From contig JAFMLG010000001.1 in NCBI GenBank assembly GCA_017852335.1, forward strand, positions 2,853 to 66,852: DNA of 64,000 nt. Direction: 5' to 3'. Both the position numbers and the translations under genes were made by a program. Positions within the stretch are counted from its first letter, which is position 1, and each line of letters opens with the position of its first letter. This document shows, piece by piece, positions 62,357 through 64,000 of this stretch. Source of the DNA: Actinomycetota bacterium. GTDB taxonomy: Bacteria > Actinomycetota > Nitriliruptoria > Nitriliruptorales > Nitriliruptoraceae. The notes below the pieces were generated by a model, which saw only the letters and a list, made by a program, of their open reading frames with translations, made no database searches and had not been told where the DNA came from.

Positions 62357-62401
62357 GACGCTACTTCGGCCCCCGGGCGCCCGTCCGGTGGAAGTAGCGT
62401 C
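62357..62401. promoter_or_regulatory. perfect 11-bp inverted repeat GACGCTACTTC/GAAGTAGCGTC (23-nt spacer); each arm presents a TAGCGT -10-like hexamer to one of two divergent genes
   Basis: Lies in the 117-nt TRIC/amidase divergent intergenic region. The same (G)TAGCGT(C) element occurs upstream of eno, znuB, the MFS gene and ettA in the orientation of those genes. Confidence 0.35.
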
Positions 62402-62447
62402 ACGGTCGGGTCGGGCGGTCCCGCGCTCCGGCCGTGCTGGAGGTCCC

Positions 62448-63230
62448 GTGGAGCGGCGCCGGATCCTGGCGGTGGCCGCCGCGGCGCTCCCGCTGGCGAT
62501 CGCCGGTGCCGTCGCGGCGCTGCGGGACCGCGGCGCGCCCGCACCGGCGGCGCCGGCCCCTCCCCCACCGGCCCCGGCACCGGTGCCGTCCGACCCCACC
62601 CCGTCACCGACCGACGACACCGGGGCGGAGCCGGGCCCGGCGCCGGCACCCGAAGGGCTCGACATCCTCTGCCGCGACGCGCTCGGCCTGGTCCCCGCGC
62701 TCGCCGGCGGCGTCGCGCACGAGCCGGTCCGCGTCACCGTCCACCACTCCGCGTTCCTCCTCGAGGATTCGGCCGACGCTCCGCGGCAGCTGAGGGCGTT
62801 CCAGCGCGACCACCAGCGCCGCGGCTGGGTCGACGTCGCCTACCACCGCGCCGTCGATCCGGCGGGGAACGTCTACGAGCTGCGCGACCCGGACGTCGAG
62901 GGCGACAGCGGAACGGACTACGACACGACCGGGCACCTGCAGCTGCTCTGCCTCGGCGACTACGACCAGCAGGAGCCGACGCCGGCGCTGCTCGAGACGC
63001 TCGCACGGCTGATCGCCGCCGAGTGCGCCGCCCGGGACCTGCCGCTCGCGACGCTGTCGGCCCACCGCGACCACGTCCTGACCTGGTGCCCCGGCGGGGC
63101 CCTCTACGCGCGGCTCGAGGAGGTGCGCGCCCGGGCCGCAGAGCTGCTCGCTGCCGGTGCGCCGGTCCTGCGACCGTTCTGCGGCGATGAGGGCTCCGCC
63201 CGGGTCGCGGCGATCGAGACCGGGACCTGA
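62448..63230 (+). CDS. N-acetylmuramoyl-L-alanine amidase (Amidase_2/PGRP domain), secreted
   Basis: GTG 62448 with GGAGG RBS; signal/TM segment (RRRILAVAAAALPLAIAGAV), Pro-rich linker, then VTVHHSA......Q..H...GW.D.AYH..VD..G..YE.R, AHRDH..T.CPG. Confidence 0.8.
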   Translation: MERRRILAVAAAALPLAIAGAVAALRDRGAPAPAAPAPPPPAPAPVPSDPTPSPTDDTGAEPGPAPAPEGLDILCRDALGLVPALAGGVAHEPVRVTVHHSAFLLEDSADAPRQLRAFQRDHQRRGWVDVAYHRAVDPAGNVYELRDPDVEGDSGTDYDTTGHLQLLCLGDYDQQEPTPALLETLARLIAAECAARDLPLATLSAHRDHVLTWCPGGALYARLEEVRARAAELLAAGAPVLRPFCGDEGSARVAAIETGT

Positions 63231-63249
63231 CGGCCGACCCGCCGGCGGG

Positions 63250-63822
63250 TCAGCCGGAGGCCGCGGTCTCGACGGCCCCCTCCGACTCGAACCGGCCGGC
63301 GTCGTGCGGCAGCCCGACCCGCATGAAGAAGCGGGCGAACGCCTGCGCGAAGTGCTCGCGGTACGGCGACGTCAGGCGCAGCCGGGGCCGATGATCGGGT
63401 CGGGCGACGTGCTCATCGATGCGATCGCGCTCGACGACGTGCAGCTCGCGGAGGTCCACGACCGACCACGGCAGCGTCGGCGCGGCGTCCCGCGCGTGCA
63501 GCAGCGTCAGCGGCGGGACGTCGCCCCGGACGAGGCTGCGGCGGAAGGCGGCGCTCCGGACGGACTGGTTGCCCGCCGCGACCTGAGCCGCGACGAACTC
63601 GGTCCAGCCGATGACGCGGGCGACGAGCACCGTCCGCACCTTGTCGTTCACGAGGTCGCAGGTCTGCGTGACGATGATCGCGTCGAGGACCTCGACCTCG
63701 GATCGGACCGTGGCCGTGCCGCCCGCGAGGTCCACGCCACCGATGCGGACGACCGGCAGGTCCCGCAGCAGGTCGCCCTGTTCGAGGGCCGGGTCCGACG
63801 TCGTCGTCCACCACTCAGACAA
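63250..63822 (-). CDS. hypothetical protein (no family recognised)
   Basis: 190-codon ORF with high GC3; TTG start overlapping the upstream gene's stop by 8 nt; contains LEQGDLLRDLPVV and IIVTQTCDL motifs. Confidence 0.5.
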   Translation of the reverse strand: MSEWWTTTSDPALEQGDLLRDLPVVRIGGVDLAGGTATVRSEVEVLDAIIVTQTCDLVNDKVRTVLVARVIGWTEFVAAQVAAGNQSVRSAAFRRSLVRGDVPPLTLLHARDAAPTLPWSVVDLRELHVVERDRIDEHVARPDHRPRLRLTSPYREHFAQAFARFFMRVGLPHDAGRFESEGAVETAASG

Positions 63823-64000
63823 CGGGGACCCCCGCCGCCCAGTCCGCGAGGATCACGCCGTCGTCCCGGACGACGACCGGAGCCGGCCGGACGTCGGTGA
63901 CCGCCGCCGCTGCCGGCACCACGGTCGCGGGCCGGACCCGCACGAGGGTGGACGGGTCGACGGTCCCCCCGCCCCCGTCGGGCGCCGGATCGTCGCCGGA
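63815..64000 (-). CDS. C-terminal 61 codons of an unidentified protein; the rest lies beyond the window end
   Basis: Open minus-strand frame from the window edge to TGA at 63817-63815 (...TVDPSTLVRVRPATVVPAAAAVTDVRPAPVVVRDDGVILADWAAGVPVV*); high GC3; overlaps the downstream gene start. Confidence 0.35.
   Translation of the reverse strand, partial: SGDDPAPDGGGGTVDPSTLVRVRPATVVPAAAAVTDVRPAPVVVRDDGVILADWAAGVPVV

Noticed and set aside
62331-62447. ydaO/c-di-AMP-type riboswitch upstream of the cell-wall amidase
   Set aside because: The leader is only about 50-90 nt and I could not find the conserved ydaO core elements. The inverted repeat is better explained as mirrored -10 regions.

Overview
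Very GC-rich (over 70% by eye) chromosomal segment with the codon bias and gene order of a high-GC Actinomycetota genome. I called genes by reading the supplied six-frame translations for family motifs, third-position GC, start-codon/RBS context and stop/start overlaps; no database search was possible. About 50 kb is conserved housekeeping synteny, mostly on the minus strand: eno, mazG, PPIase lipoprotein, a zur-znuABC insertion, xthA, mfd, DUF4191, pth, rplY, prs, glmU, tRNA-Gln, ispE, rsmA, rpfB, tatD, rsmI, tRNA-Ala, moaC, moeA, galU, 5-FCL, FmdB, uppP-mobA, ettA, a peptide ABC importer, a heterodimeric ABC exporter, DUF885 and panD. I found no CRISPR array, integrase, transposase or rRNA. 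Many long ORFs in the track are alternative-frame or N-terminally over-extended artefacts of the GC content. The least ordinary region is about 50.8-61.5 kb. It holds two paralogous secreted Cys-bracketed proteins, a GT4 plus amylo-alpha-1,6-glucosidase-like pair and an orphan OmpR-type response regulator whose phospho-acceptor Asp is replaced by Glu. That regulator is preceded by three exact 11-bp-phased CCTCACG repeats, and the same heptamer recurs in front of both secreted paralogues. The region ends with a tightly coupled GNAT-GT4-GT4-PIG-L-TIM-barrel operon. A second copy of the Zur-box-like palindrome from the znuA/znuC promoter lies upstream of that regulator. An uncharacterised two-gene operon is cut by the window end.
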